A stretch of 64,000 nucleotides of DNA from NCBI GenBank assembly GCA_963667015.2, contig CAXXJJ010000001.1, positions 1,120,001-1,184,000 on the forward strand. The letters run 5' to 3'. The position numbers were made by a program, and so were the translations under genes. Each line of letters begins with the position of its first letter. Within the stretch, counting starts at the first letter, position 1. Origin of the DNA: Desulfatiglandales bacterium (GTDB lineage Bacteria; Desulfobacterota; DSM-4660; Desulfatiglandales; HGW-15). The notes under the pieces are model-generated. The model saw only the letters and a list, made by a program, of their open reading frames with translations. It was not told the DNA's origin and ran no database searches. Shown one piece after another: positions 9,919 through 19,837 of the stretch.

Positions 9919-10896
9919 ATGACAGATAAATTGAAATTGGAAGATATAAAGAAAGTAGCAGTTATCGGTGCCGGAACCATGGGTCATGGTATTGCCCAGG
10001 CCTTTGCCTATGCAGGTTACGAAGTAAATATGATGTCAAGAACCCAGGAAACCCTGGACAGGGCAATGTCCCTGATCAAGGCAAGCCTTGAGGCTATGGC
10101 TGGTGCCGGTCTTGTTGATGGAGACAAGATTCCAGCTACACTCGAACGCATTACTACCTGCCAGAGCATTGAAGAAGCTGCACAGGGTGTAGATATTGCC
10201 TTTGAAACCATGGTTGAAAACAAAGATGCAAAGATCATGGTTTTTAGCGAGCTGGATAAACATTGTCCTCCTCATGCCCTGATCGCCAGCAACACAACAT
10301 TCCTTAATCCCTTTGAATTCGCGGACACAAGCAGAAATGACAAAATTCTCATTGCTCATTTTTACGCACCACCGCAGATTATTCCCCTGGTTGATGTTGT
10401 AAAGGGACCTGAAACCGACATGTATAATGTTGAACTTATGGTTGAGCTTCTTAAGAGTATTGGTAAAAAACCGATTCTTTTTAAGCAGTATGTATCAGGC
10501 TATGTTATCAGCCGTCTTCAGCTTGCCCTTCAGCGTGAAATCTACTTCCTGCTTGATGAAGGTCACCTTACTCCAAGAGAAATTGATGATGCATGTATCT
10601 GGGGCCTTGCAATGCGTATGATGATAGTCGGTGCAGTAGGCCGAATCGATTACGGCGGTATTGGCCTGAGCGTAAACAACCTTAAGAATCCTGCGTGTGA
10701 TGCCACACCGATTGAGTATATGCCAAAGAAGATTTTTGAGTTGTTTGATCAGGGGCATGTTGGCGTGAAATCCGGCAAGGGTTTCTATGACTATGAAGGA
10801 AAACCCGAGGCCGAACTCTGTTCTATCAGAGATGAGAAACTTCTGAAGATGCTGAAGTTCGCCATGGATCTCGGAGACGCATTACCGAAAAAGTAA
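9919..10896 (+). CDS. 3-hydroxyacyl-CoA dehydrogenase family protein
   Basis: GAGTMGHGIA Rossmann motif, ASNT, HF..P and GVKSGKGFYDY. Confidence 0.9.
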   Translation: MTDKLKLEDIKKVAVIGAGTMGHGIAQAFAYAGYEVNMMSRTQETLDRAMSLIKASLEAMAGAGLVDGDKIPATLERITTCQSIEEAAQGVDIAFETMVENKDAKIMVFSELDKHCPPHALIASNTTFLNPFEFADTSRNDKILIAHFYAPPQIIPLVDVVKGPETDMYNVELMVELLKSIGKKPILFKQYVSGYVISRLQLALQREIYFLLDEGHLTPREIDDACIWGLAMRMMIVGAVGRIDYGGIGLSVNNLKNPACDATPIEYMPKKIFELFDQGHVGVKSGKGFYDYEGKPEAELCSIRDEKLLKMLKFAMDLGDALPKK

Positions 10897-10908
10897 TAAG
10901 GAGAGATC

Positions 10909-12177
10909 ATGAGTCTTGAAAAAGTATATATAGTAAGTGGAGCCAGGACCCCTATAGGGCGCTTTGGCGGTACATTGAGAAGCGTGCCTGTCTATAAGTT
11001 TGCTGCAGTGGTCCTGAATGAAGTAATCCGCAGGGCAGGCATAGAGGCTGATTCTGTGGATGAGGTGGTTATGGGGCACGCCTACCAGAACGGTGAATGT
11101 GCCAATGGTGCCCGTATGGCGCTTCTGGAAGCAGGCTGGCCGGTATCAATTACAGGGCTGGTTGTGGACAGGCGCTGCTGCTCCGGTCTTGATGCAATCG
11201 CAATGGGCGCAATGAAGATCCAGACCGGTAATGCCGATATAGTGGTAGCCGGCGGTATGGAGAGCATGAGCCAGGCCGAAATGTATATCCCCGGTGACAT
11301 CCGCTGGGGACTTGGTGGCAAGAATGATGAAAAATTCGGATTTATGCCAAAGGGCCATGGTGCTCTTGCCATGTGGGGTATCCCTTTCTATGACAGGATA
11401 CAAAGAGGCCGTGTTATGGCACAGCCCATCGAAAGGTTTGGTGAACTTAACTCGATGATGACCTGGGCTGAGGCTGCTGCCAAAAACGAAGGGATTACCC
11501 GTGAAGCGGTTGACGAATGGGCTTATAACAGCCATCAGAAGGCAGTGAAGGCTATGGAATCGGGTAAGTTTACAGAGGAAATTATTGGTATTCCGGTCCC
11601 TCAGGCAAAGGGTGATCCTGTTCTGTTTGATAAGGATGAAACACCGCGTGCCGACACCACCATAGAAAAACTGGCCAAACTTAAAACCATATACGCGGAC
11701 GGTGTCTGTACAGCAGGGAACTCTTCCTCAGAGAATGACGGCTCCGGTGCCGTGGTTCTTATGAGTGAAAAGAAGGTCAAAGAACTTGGGCTTACGCCCA
11801 TGGTTGAATTCAAGGCCTTTGCTGCAGCCGGTGATGATCCTACTCTCACATATCCTGCAGTTCCTCTCGCAGTAAATAAGGCACTGAACAAGGCCGGGAT
11901 TACACAGAACGATGTAGACCTGATCGAGATTCAGGAGGCCTTTGCAGCTCAGACACTTGCTGATGCAAAACTTCTCGGTCTTACTCCGGACGAGTGTAGC
12001 GCAAAGGTAAATGTCAATGGTTCAGGCATTTCACTTGGGCATCCGATCGGAGCAACCGGTGCCATGCGGCTTGTTACTTTGATACACGAGATGGTTCGCA
12101 GAAACTCGCGCTATGGTCTTGAGACGATCTGCGGTGCTGGCGGACTGGGCGTTGCTGCGGTATTTGAAAGAAGTTAA
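10909..12177 (+). CDS. Thiolase (acetyl-CoA C-acyltransferase)
   Basis: RTPIG, CCSG, GNSSxENDG, EAFA, GHPIGATG and CGAGG. Confidence 0.9.
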   Translation: MSLEKVYIVSGARTPIGRFGGTLRSVPVYKFAAVVLNEVIRRAGIEADSVDEVVMGHAYQNGECANGARMALLEAGWPVSITGLVVDRRCCSGLDAIAMGAMKIQTGNADIVVAGGMESMSQAEMYIPGDIRWGLGGKNDEKFGFMPKGHGALAMWGIPFYDRIQRGRVMAQPIERFGELNSMMTWAEAAAKNEGITREAVDEWAYNSHQKAVKAMESGKFTEEIIGIPVPQAKGDPVLFDKDETPRADTTIEKLAKLKTIYADGVCTAGNSSSENDGSGAVVLMSEKKVKELGLTPMVEFKAFAAAGDDPTLTYPAVPLAVNKALNKAGITQNDVDLIEIQEAFAAQTLADAKLLGLTPDECSAKVNVNGSGISLGHPIGATGAMRLVTLIHEMVRRNSRYGLETICGAGGLGVAAVFERS

Positions 12178-12216
12178 GGCTTCAGAAAAAAAGTATTTTA
12201 GGAGGCAAAATTTAGT

Positions 12217-12984
12217 ATGGAAGATATTTTTAGTCTGAAAGGGAAAAATGCCGTTGTACTTGGCGGGGCTGGTGGGCTCGGTGAGGCCATAGTTGAAGGT
12301 CTGAGTCAGTATGGCGCAAAAATTGTTATTGCAAGCAGAAAGCTTGATGCCCTTGAGACGGTAGCAGCAGATATTGCAGCAAAGACAGGCGGCGAAATTA
12401 AAGCCATGACAGTTGATGTTACTGATGAAAGAAGCATGGCAAAGCTTGTCGGAGATGTGGTAGAAAAATTCGGAACCATTGATATCCTTGTAAATGCCAT
12501 GGGGCTGAATATAAAAAGAGATGCACTGGATTATCCCATGGAAGACTGGGACAAGATATTCAACATAAATGTTAAAGGCACGATGATCGCCTGTAAGCAG
12601 TTTGGCTGCATAATGAAGGAGCAGGGAAAGGGCAAGATAATCAACCTTTCGTCAGTAAGAGAAGTAAGAGGCTATACCGGCGGAAACTCAGCCTATTGTG
12701 CCACAAAGGGTGCTGTAGGTATGATAACAAAGGCCCTGGCACTTGAGCTTGCTCCCTATAACATTTATGTGAACGCTATCGGTCCCTCTCTTATTATTAC
12801 CCAGGGAACAAGGCATATACAGAAAGATCCATCTCTTGCCCAGAAATATTCTTCTCAGATACCCCTGGGAAGACTTGGAATTCCGGCTGATCTGAAAGGT
12901 GCGGCAGTATTTCTTGCATCGAATGCATCTGACTTTATTACTGGACAGACTATATTTGTTGACGGCGGTTTGACTGCAGGTTAA
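12217..12984 (+). CDS. SDR oxidoreductase (possible phloroglucinol reductase-like)
   Basis: GGAGGLG, YxxxK (YCATK) and VDGG. Specific function inferred from context only. Confidence 0.8.
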   Translation: MEDIFSLKGKNAVVLGGAGGLGEAIVEGLSQYGAKIVIASRKLDALETVAADIAAKTGGEIKAMTVDVTDERSMAKLVGDVVEKFGTIDILVNAMGLNIKRDALDYPMEDWDKIFNINVKGTMIACKQFGCIMKEQGKGKIINLSSVREVRGYTGGNSAYCATKGAVGMITKALALELAPYNIYVNAIGPSLIITQGTRHIQKDPSLAQKYSSQIPLGRLGIPADLKGAAVFLASNASDFITGQTIFVDGGLTAG

Positions 12985-13006
12985 ACGGTTGTTCATAAGT
13001 TGGATT

Positions 13007-13047
13007 AAAGAAGGGGCAGCTTTTATAAAGCTGTCCCTTCTTTTTTT
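13007..13047. terminator. Bidirectional terminator between SDR and marR
   Basis: AAAGAAGGGGCAGCTTT...AAAGCTGTCCCTTCTTTTTTT between convergent genes. Confidence 0.75.
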
Positions 13048-13492
13048 ATTCGGGCAGGGGCTGAGATATTTTTATCAGCAATTCGTTAAGCTGATTGAGT
13101 TCTTCTCCGGACAGGTTCTTATATTGAAAAACATGCAAATCAAACAGAGATTTTTGACATTCAGTAACCAGTTGTTTTCCCTTAGGGGTGAGTTTGACGA
13201 TTACAATTCTGCGGTCAGTTCCGCTGGTTCGTTTTACAAGTCCGGCATTTTCAAGCTCTGCCACCATCCTTGTAATATTGGGCTGAAGGCATACGGTTCT
13301 TGATGCAATATCCTGAATTGTCAGGGCCTGGTTTTCGGACAGCAGTATTGTTTCCAGCAAATCAAACTGGGCTACTGTTATTTCCTTATTTTTGAACAAC
13401 TTGTTTGATCCGACATGCATAATGTTGTAAGCACGTTTGAGATTTCTGGAAGTCAATTTTTCTATTGGCATCTTTGCTATTGTATTACTCAT
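13046..13492 (-). CDS. MarR-family regulator
   Basis: ITVAQF..L, NITRMV..LE..GLV.R and DRR...V.LT.KG. Confidence 0.9.
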   Translation of the reverse strand: MSNTIAKMPIEKLTSRNLKRAYNIMHVGSNKLFKNKEITVAQFDLLETILLSENQALTIQDIASRTVCLQPNITRMVAELENAGLVKRTSGTDRRIVIVKLTPKGKQLVTECQKSLFDLHVFQYKNLSGEELNQLNELLIKISQPLPE

Positions 13493-13686
13493 TACAGCCC
13501 CTTAGGTTTTTTCTTTTTTGCTAATATATAAAATGGGAGAAGTCACTTGAGAACAGTATATCTACATTGTGAAGCAGATGTATATCAATGATATATTGTA
13601 TGTCAAGGATTTTTTCCGTGTATATTATAGAGCGTCATTAATTATATCTTTAAATTAATTAATTACGCTCCTGTTATTAAAACCTT

Positions 13687-15357
13687 TCAGTATCTGGAGT
13701 GCAACGGCACCATATTTCCATACTTCTTAACAAGTTTTTCCCAGTTGCCGGGAAGCATTATTTTTTTTGTAATAAATGAATTTTTTATATCTCCAACACC
13801 TTGAACCAGACCTGTCCAGTTTCCCGGTCCGCCAGCTACAACAATATTTAATCGACCGGTATCATTTCCATCCCGAGATTGTCCATAACTGTTAATAAGA
13901 AAATTTCTTAATTTCTCTTTACTCCACCCCTCACTGGCCAGGGTTTCAGCCTGTTCCGGATTGACAATAAAGCAGGATATTCCTTCCGGGCCCAGTTCAG
14001 ACATTGACTCTGCAATTGCCTCAGCATCATTACCCCCTGCTGTGTTCTGCGTGAAGCTGTTCGGGAAGAATAACGTAAGCGAATTTTCATCCTTTTTAAA
14101 TCCATGGTCTGCATGAAGAGGCTCCCATGGACTCTCTTCTTCATTTTCTCCGATAACCAGTGCGTTTTTAAAGGGATTCCCTAATGTACCCATATCTTCG
14201 ATACCTTTGCGCATTCCGCCGATATTCTGGATAATCAACCCTATCGTGCGGCCGATAGCGCCGTTGGCGAGACTCCCGGGGCTCAACGCGCCTGCCCCTG
14301 AATTTACATGGATCTGATTGCGCACTGGGCCGTTAATAATAAAAAAAGGTCCCCATGATCCGGTGCCCGATTCAACTGCATTAATACCGGATTCCTTATC
14401 TGCAAGGGCTTCGACAGCCGCTATAATGACAGGCATATGGGTTGGAAGCGCACCTGCCATAACCGCATTTATGGCTATTTTTTCAACCGTTGCCTTTCCC
14501 TTCATTGGAGGTATTTTTGCAACTACATGATCTGCCGATAGATCAGTTACCTTCAACATTTCCATTACCGCTTTTTCTGTCGGCGGAATTACAGGCAGAC
14601 CGTCCGTCCATCCTTTCCTGAAAAAGAACATATTTATGTTTTCATAATCCCCTTTAAATGCAATTTTTGGAGGAGGTTCAGTACTGTATTTCGGTGATTT
14701 TTCATGATCTGACAATGGTTCTGTCAATGATTCAAGTATGCCGGACATTGCTTCACCTATACCGGCTTCAATATCTTCCCTTGAGGTAATTTCACTTCCC
14801 AGGTTAAGCACCTGCCTTCGAATTACCGGCATTCCCTTTTCCTTTGCTGCAGACTGCAACTCGCCCATAAACCCCTGATTCACCAGTAACACGACCGGTG
14901 TTCCAAGCTCCTCGATGGATATACCATTGTATGTGAGGATCCTGGAGCAGGAGCCTCAGCTTCCTACGAGCAGGATGACAGCATCATTGCCCTGTGCCCA
15001 TTTTTTGAAGGTCTCAGCGCGTTTTGTATCAAGCTCTCTCTCCTTCTGTTGATCAGAACTGTATATATTGATTTTAGCATCAGGATACATGGAGCCCAGC
15101 CATTCCTTTAATGAAACGGCAATAGGGATGGCAGAGTGTTTGTAATTGGCAAATAAACCGATATTTTTGCCTTCCAGACTTTCCAGTCTTGGAGAAATTC
15201 CCTTAAGTATCTCCTGGTCGGTCTCACCCCATGGATTGAGAACTTCATATTTATTGTTTGACTGGTCCGCAGCAAACGAAATCCCGATGTAAGCAGTGAA
15301 GAAAAACACAACCATACAAAGCGTTTCCAGGCTTCGGAGAAAAGCGCGTCTGTGCAT
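13687..15357 (-). CDS. UGSC-motif selenoprotein, paralogue A (556 aa, Sec at TGA 14956-14958)
   Basis: ORFs 14956..15357 and 13687..14892 are in frame. Read-through gives LLVGS-U-GSCSRILTYNGISIEELGTPVVLL. A hairpin follows the UGA. C-terminal GWTDGLPVIPPT / A.NAVMAG domain. Confidence 0.85.
14902..14946 (-). promoter_or_regulatory. SECIS-like hairpin (paralogue A)
   Basis: On the minus strand: TCCAGG/CTTGGA, TCCTC/GAGGA and ATGG/CCAT stems, starting 10 nt after the UGA. Confidence 0.55.
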
Positions 15358-15370
15358 AAATTATACCTCC

Positions 15371-17068
15371 TTAATACCTTACATATGTCGGAACCATGGT
15401 TCCATACTTTGCCTTCAGGCTATCCCAGTTTTCGGGCAGCTTGATTTCTCTTGTGACAAAATAGTTGCCAAAGTTGCCTGCACTCTGCAGCAGGCCCATC
15501 CATACACCCGGCCCACCCGCAACAACTATTGCAAAATCTTCATTTTTCAGGTTTCCCTGCCTCCTGCTGAGGACATCCGCGCCATTGGACTTTTCAATAA
15601 TAAAATCTTTTACCTTCTGCTTGGACCACCCTTCGCTGGCAAACCTGTTTGCATGATCCGGGATTACAATCATTGTGGACAGGGCTGTAGGGTTCATACC
15701 TGCCAGAGTTGTGGCAATCCCTTCTGCAGTTGTCTGGGCAGGGATTGTCTGGGCATAGCGGTTAGGGAACATTACTGTAACGGTGCTTGAACCCTTCTCG
15801 TAACCGAATTCAACATTAAGAGGCTCCCATGGACTGTTTTCTTCATTTTCTCCAATTACAAGGGTATATTTTAAAGGATCTCCCAGTGTGCCCATATCCT
15901 CTATTCCCTTTCGGGCCCCGCCAATATTCTTTACAATAAGCCCCAGGGCTCTTCCAATTGCTGCATTTGCTATATTCCCGGGACTCATCATGCCGGAACT
16001 GCAATTGACATGAATATCATTCCTTATGGGACCATTAATGATAAGCAGCGGCGCCCAGGACCCGGTGCTTACCTCAAATGTATCAAAACGCGTTTTAGGA
16101 TCGGAAAGTGCCTCTACCGCTGCTAACAGTACCGGCATGTGGGTCGGCAAAGCCCCTCCCATTACTGCATTGACTGCAATTTTTTCGACAGTGGCCTTGC
16201 CCATTCTGGGTATCAGCTTTGTCACGACATGATCAGGCGATAGGTCTGTTCCTTTCATCATTTCATCAACCCTGGCCTGTGTCGGCGGGGTAATCGGAAG
16301 ACCGTCGCCCCAGCCTTTTCTGTAGTAAAACTGGTTTACCTGATCATATGTTCCTTTAAAGGCAATCTTTGGTTCTGTCTCAGTCCTGATTTTGGGGGAT
16401 TTTTCTTCATCGGTCAGAGGATTGGTAAGTGCACCGATAATATCATCAAGTACCTCATCTATACCTGTTCTGATATTTTCGGCATCGGTTGATTCACATA
16501 ATATTGTTGTTCCAAGTGCGCGAACTCCCGGCATGCCTTTTCCTGATGCTGCGGAGTGAACGTCGTTTAAAAAGCCCTGATTCGCCAGTAGCACGACCGG
16601 CGTTCCAAAGTCCTCAATGGCTACGCCATTATATGTGAGGAACTTTGTGCAGGAGCCTCAGTCTCCTACCATGCCGACGACGGCATCAACCCCTTTGGCC
16701 CAGGCGGAAAACTCTTCTTTGTTTTCTGTTTCCGATTCGTCGACATTGGGCAGTGTGGAATGAAACAGTATGGTCTCAATATCCGGAAATCTTTCTTTAA
16801 GTCTTTTCTCAACCTCGTTGGCGATAGGCACAGCCGCACGTTTGAAGTTGGCAAAAATACCGATTTTTTTACCTGCCAGTGAACCCACCCTGGGGGATAT
16901 GCCCCTCAGCGGAATCGGATCAACATCTGCCCATGGGCTGAGAACCTCATACTGCGTCTCAGCGGCGGCAGTATTCCCGGTCGGCTGTTCAGGTGTATTG
17001 CCGGAACACGAGAAAGCGGCCGCAATGGTAAAGACCATTATGGCTGTATGTTTGATAAACCTTAACAT
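15371..17068 (-). CDS. UGSC-motif selenoprotein, paralogue B (565 aa, Sec at TGA 16658-16660), predicted lipoprotein
   Basis: ORFs 16658..17068 and 15371..16594 are in frame. Read-through gives GMVGD-U-GSCTKFLTYNGVAIEDFGTPVVLL. Lipobox-like AFSC. Paralogous to A on both sides of the UGA. Confidence 0.88.
16606..16647 (-). promoter_or_regulatory. SECIS-like hairpin (paralogue B)
   Basis: On the minus strand: CAAAG/CTTTG and TCCTC/GAGGA stems, then AATGGC-GTA-GCCATT. The apical loop begins with G, 33 nt after the UGA. Confidence 0.65.
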
Positions 17069-17596
17069 GTCAATTCCCTCCTTTTTATTTGTTTTAGTTT
17101 TGTTTTATATATTTATCATAAATTCGATAAAACAGGGGATAATCATATTATCAAATATCTGCATTTTTCAGGATTAAAAACATGACACATTTTTACTTGA
17201 CCAACCCATTTCCTTTGATGTAATCATGTTTAAAAAATATATCAATAATATGTAAATATTTATAAGGCAGTCATTCAATCATGTCAAGGGATAACCAGAG
17301 AGATGGTTGCAGGTCATTTAAGCACATGTACGTTTTTGTTCGTCCGCCATTGTGTCCACTACAAAATCCTTTAACCGGAAAATAATGAATTACCTGCGAA
17401 GGCAGAAAGGAAATTTCCGGGGAGCACATTTGATGAATATGATTCCCGGGAAACGCATGTATTATGTTTATTCCTTCTTTAAAAAATTACAATAATATGG
17501 CAGACTGTGCGACACTAAAAGAAACACCAATGGAATACTTATGATTTTATGCCGGATATGGCTGGATGATATCCGGAGAAGCAGAAAGGAGCGGTT

Positions 17597-18031
17597 ATGA
17601 AAACAAGACGGTCGACAGGTATTTGCACAACTTTATTATTGATAGCAGCTATTTTTTCTTTCCTGATTTTTTCTCCGTGTTATGGAGCGGAAGAAGGGAT
17701 TCCAAGGATAACCATCCAGGAATTGAAAAAGATGATGGACGACGGTGAAGAGGTGACTGTAATCGATACGCAGCCAGAAAATGTATTCGTTAAGGGGCAT
17801 ATAAAGGATTCTGTTAACATACCCTGGAAATCTCAGCTTGCCCTTGAAGATGTCTGGTCGATCCCGAGCGGTATCCCTATAGTAACATACTGCGCATGCG
17901 GCGCAGGGGAAGCCGACAGTGCCGACTTTGCCAAGCAGCTGATGAAAATGGGCTATAACGATGTGAAGGTTCTTAAGCACCCTGCAATTGAGGGATGGAT
18001 TAAAGCCGGATACCCGATAGAAAAAGAGTAG
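17597..18031 (+). CDS. Exported single-domain rhodanese-like protein
   Basis: Signal-peptide-like N-terminus, VIDT, GHI, YCACG, GY..V..L and W..AGYP. Confidence 0.85.
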   Translation: MKTRRSTGICTTLLLIAAIFSFLIFSPCYGAEEGIPRITIQELKKMMDDGEEVTVIDTQPENVFVKGHIKDSVNIPWKSQLALEDVWSIPSGIPIVTYCACGAGEADSADFAKQLMKMGYNDVKVLKHPAIEGWIKAGYPIEKE

Positions 18032-18121
18032 ACTGAAGGATTTATACATCTGCACAATTGGTATTTGCAGACTGACCTTGTATGCAGCAGCGCCGCTGGC
18101 TGAATTTCCAAAGGAGAGACA

Positions 18122-19450
18122 ATGATTGTACCAAACAATGCTGTTATGAACAATGATCCGCGAAAAAAAATTGATATTGCGCCTATGGGTTTCCTGCAGA
18201 TATTTATTATCGCAATAACCGTAGGACTGAACGCCCTGGATGGTATTGATGTACTTTCAATAAGTTTGGCTATACCCGATATTGCACGTGAATGGGCACT
18301 TAACGATACTGTAGTCGGCTTTATACTGAATATGGAACTTATCGGGATGGGGATAGGCTCCATATCATTGGGATGGGTTTCCGATTCAACAGGACGCCGG
18401 AAAACAATGATCGCCTGCCTTATAATGATGGCAGCAGGCATGTTCATGGTGGCAAGATCATCTGGTGTAGTAGAGTTATCGATCTACAGGATTATAACCG
18501 GTCTGGGCATCGGCGGCTTATTGGCGGCTATCACGGCAATAACAGCGGAGTTTTCCAACCTTAAAAACAGGGCTCTTTGTATTTCCATAATGGCTATCGG
18601 CTACCCCATAGGCGGCATTGTGGGATCCAGGATAGCCGGATGGCTGTTGCATACCTATGGCGACTGGCGGTTGATATTTTATTTTGGTGCGGTTGTAACT
18701 ACTTGTTTTATTCCTCTGTTTTATTTTGCAGTCCCTGAATCAATCCACTGGCTTATGCGTAAACAACCGAAAGGGGCGCTGGACAAGGTAAATAAGACAC
18801 TTAAACGTCTGGGGCATGACGTTATTACAATGCTGCCTGATATTACAACAGACATACGGAAAAAATCCTACGGCGATTTATTCTCGCCCGGGCTTATCCG
18901 TATTACAACAATTATAACCGTTGCCTACTTTCTGCAGATCAGCACCTACTTTTTTATACTTAAATGGGTACCCAAGGTAGTTGTAAAGCTGGGATTTTCC
19001 TCTGCGGACGGAGCCGATATGATGATGTTTGTCAATATCGGCGGAATGCTGGGCGGAATAATCCTTGGATTACTGACCCTGAGAGTTGGTGTGAAGATAC
19101 TCACTATAGGAACTCTGGTGTTTTCGGCTGTTTTTATCACCATTTTAGGGACAACAAGCGAGCTGAATTACTTTGCAGTATTTGCGGTCTTGAGCGGTCT
19201 TTTCGGTAATGCGGGTATAGTCGGTATGTATGCCCTGTTCCCGGCGGCCTTTCCCACTCATGTAAGATCCTCGGGTACCGGTTTTGTGCTTGGTATCGGA
19301 CGTGGAGGTGCATACCTGACGCCTGTCATGGTAGGGATCATGTTTGATCATGGTTTCAGCCTGCCGGTGGTTACCATGCTCATCAGTATCGGGGCATTAG
19401 TCGGTGCATGTGTGCTTTTATTTTTAAAACTTAATAAAAATGCAGATTAA
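18122..19450 (+). CDS. MFS transporter (aromatic acid:H+ symporter-like)
   Basis: 12 TM segments, DG.D, G..SD..GRR motif A and PES..WL. Confidence 0.85.
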   Translation: MIVPNNAVMNNDPRKKIDIAPMGFLQIFIIAITVGLNALDGIDVLSISLAIPDIAREWALNDTVVGFILNMELIGMGIGSISLGWVSDSTGRRKTMIACLIMMAAGMFMVARSSGVVELSIYRIITGLGIGGLLAAITAITAEFSNLKNRALCISIMAIGYPIGGIVGSRIAGWLLHTYGDWRLIFYFGAVVTTCFIPLFYFAVPESIHWLMRKQPKGALDKVNKTLKRLGHDVITMLPDITTDIRKKSYGDLFSPGLIRITTIITVAYFLQISTYFFILKWVPKVVVKLGFSSADGADMMMFVNIGGMLGGIILGLLTLRVGVKILTIGTLVFSAVFITILGTTSELNYFAVFAVLSGLFGNAGIVGMYALFPAAFPTHVRSSGTGFVLGIGRGGAYLTPVMVGIMFDHGFSLPVVTMLISIGALVGACVLLFLKLNKNAD

Positions 19451-19475
19451 TTAACTGGAATGAGTCACACCAGAT

Positions 19476-19508
19476 AAGGAGTTTCAGGATTTTCTTGAAA
19501 CTCCTTTT
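19476..19508 (+). terminator. Intrinsic terminator
   Basis: AAGGAGTTTCAGGA...TCTTGAAACTCCTTTT after the MFS stop. Confidence 0.7.
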
Positions 19509-19514
19509 AATTTG

Positions 19515-19744
19515 ACCACTAACCACACGAAATACACGAAAAGTAGAAAGTCATCATAGTCCTGTCCCATAAATTTATGGGACAGATAGTAAATTTTATA
19601 TAAAAACCCCATAACCTATTGAATTATAGAATAATATTGCGAATTGGCTTTCCAAAACCTATGGACACTTTAGAAAACTTCCCAACCACCATTTTTTCGC
19701 GTCTTTCGCGTCTTTCGAGTCTTTCGTGTCTTTCGTGTGTTTCG
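19515..19744. repeat. Inverted pair of 9-nt-period arms (CACGAAA-type), pair 1
   Basis: Forward arm ACCACTAACCACACGAAATACACGAAAA (19515-19542). Reverse arm (TTTCGNGTC)x5.5 (19695-19744). Confidence 0.8.
19561..19700. repeat. Dispersed ~140-220 bp element, copy 1
   Basis: Starts with the 24-bp perfect palindrome CTGTCCCATAAATTTATGGGACAG. Shares TTGAATTATAG...TATTGCGAATTGGCTTTC...CCTATGGACAC...ACCATTTTT with copies 2 and 3. Confidence 0.85.
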
Positions 19745-19837
19745 CCATAAACTGTAATAAATATGCTTCATACGTTTTGATTGCTATTTTTTGCTGAACA
19801 GGTCATAATGACCATTATTTTTAACAAGAGGATATCA

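Noticed and set aside
13687..17068. Four separate genes, or two nonsense pseudogenes
   Set aside because: Both paralogues have TGA at the same position inside a conserved U-GSC motif, conserved coding sequence after it, and a hairpin. Sec recoding explains this better.
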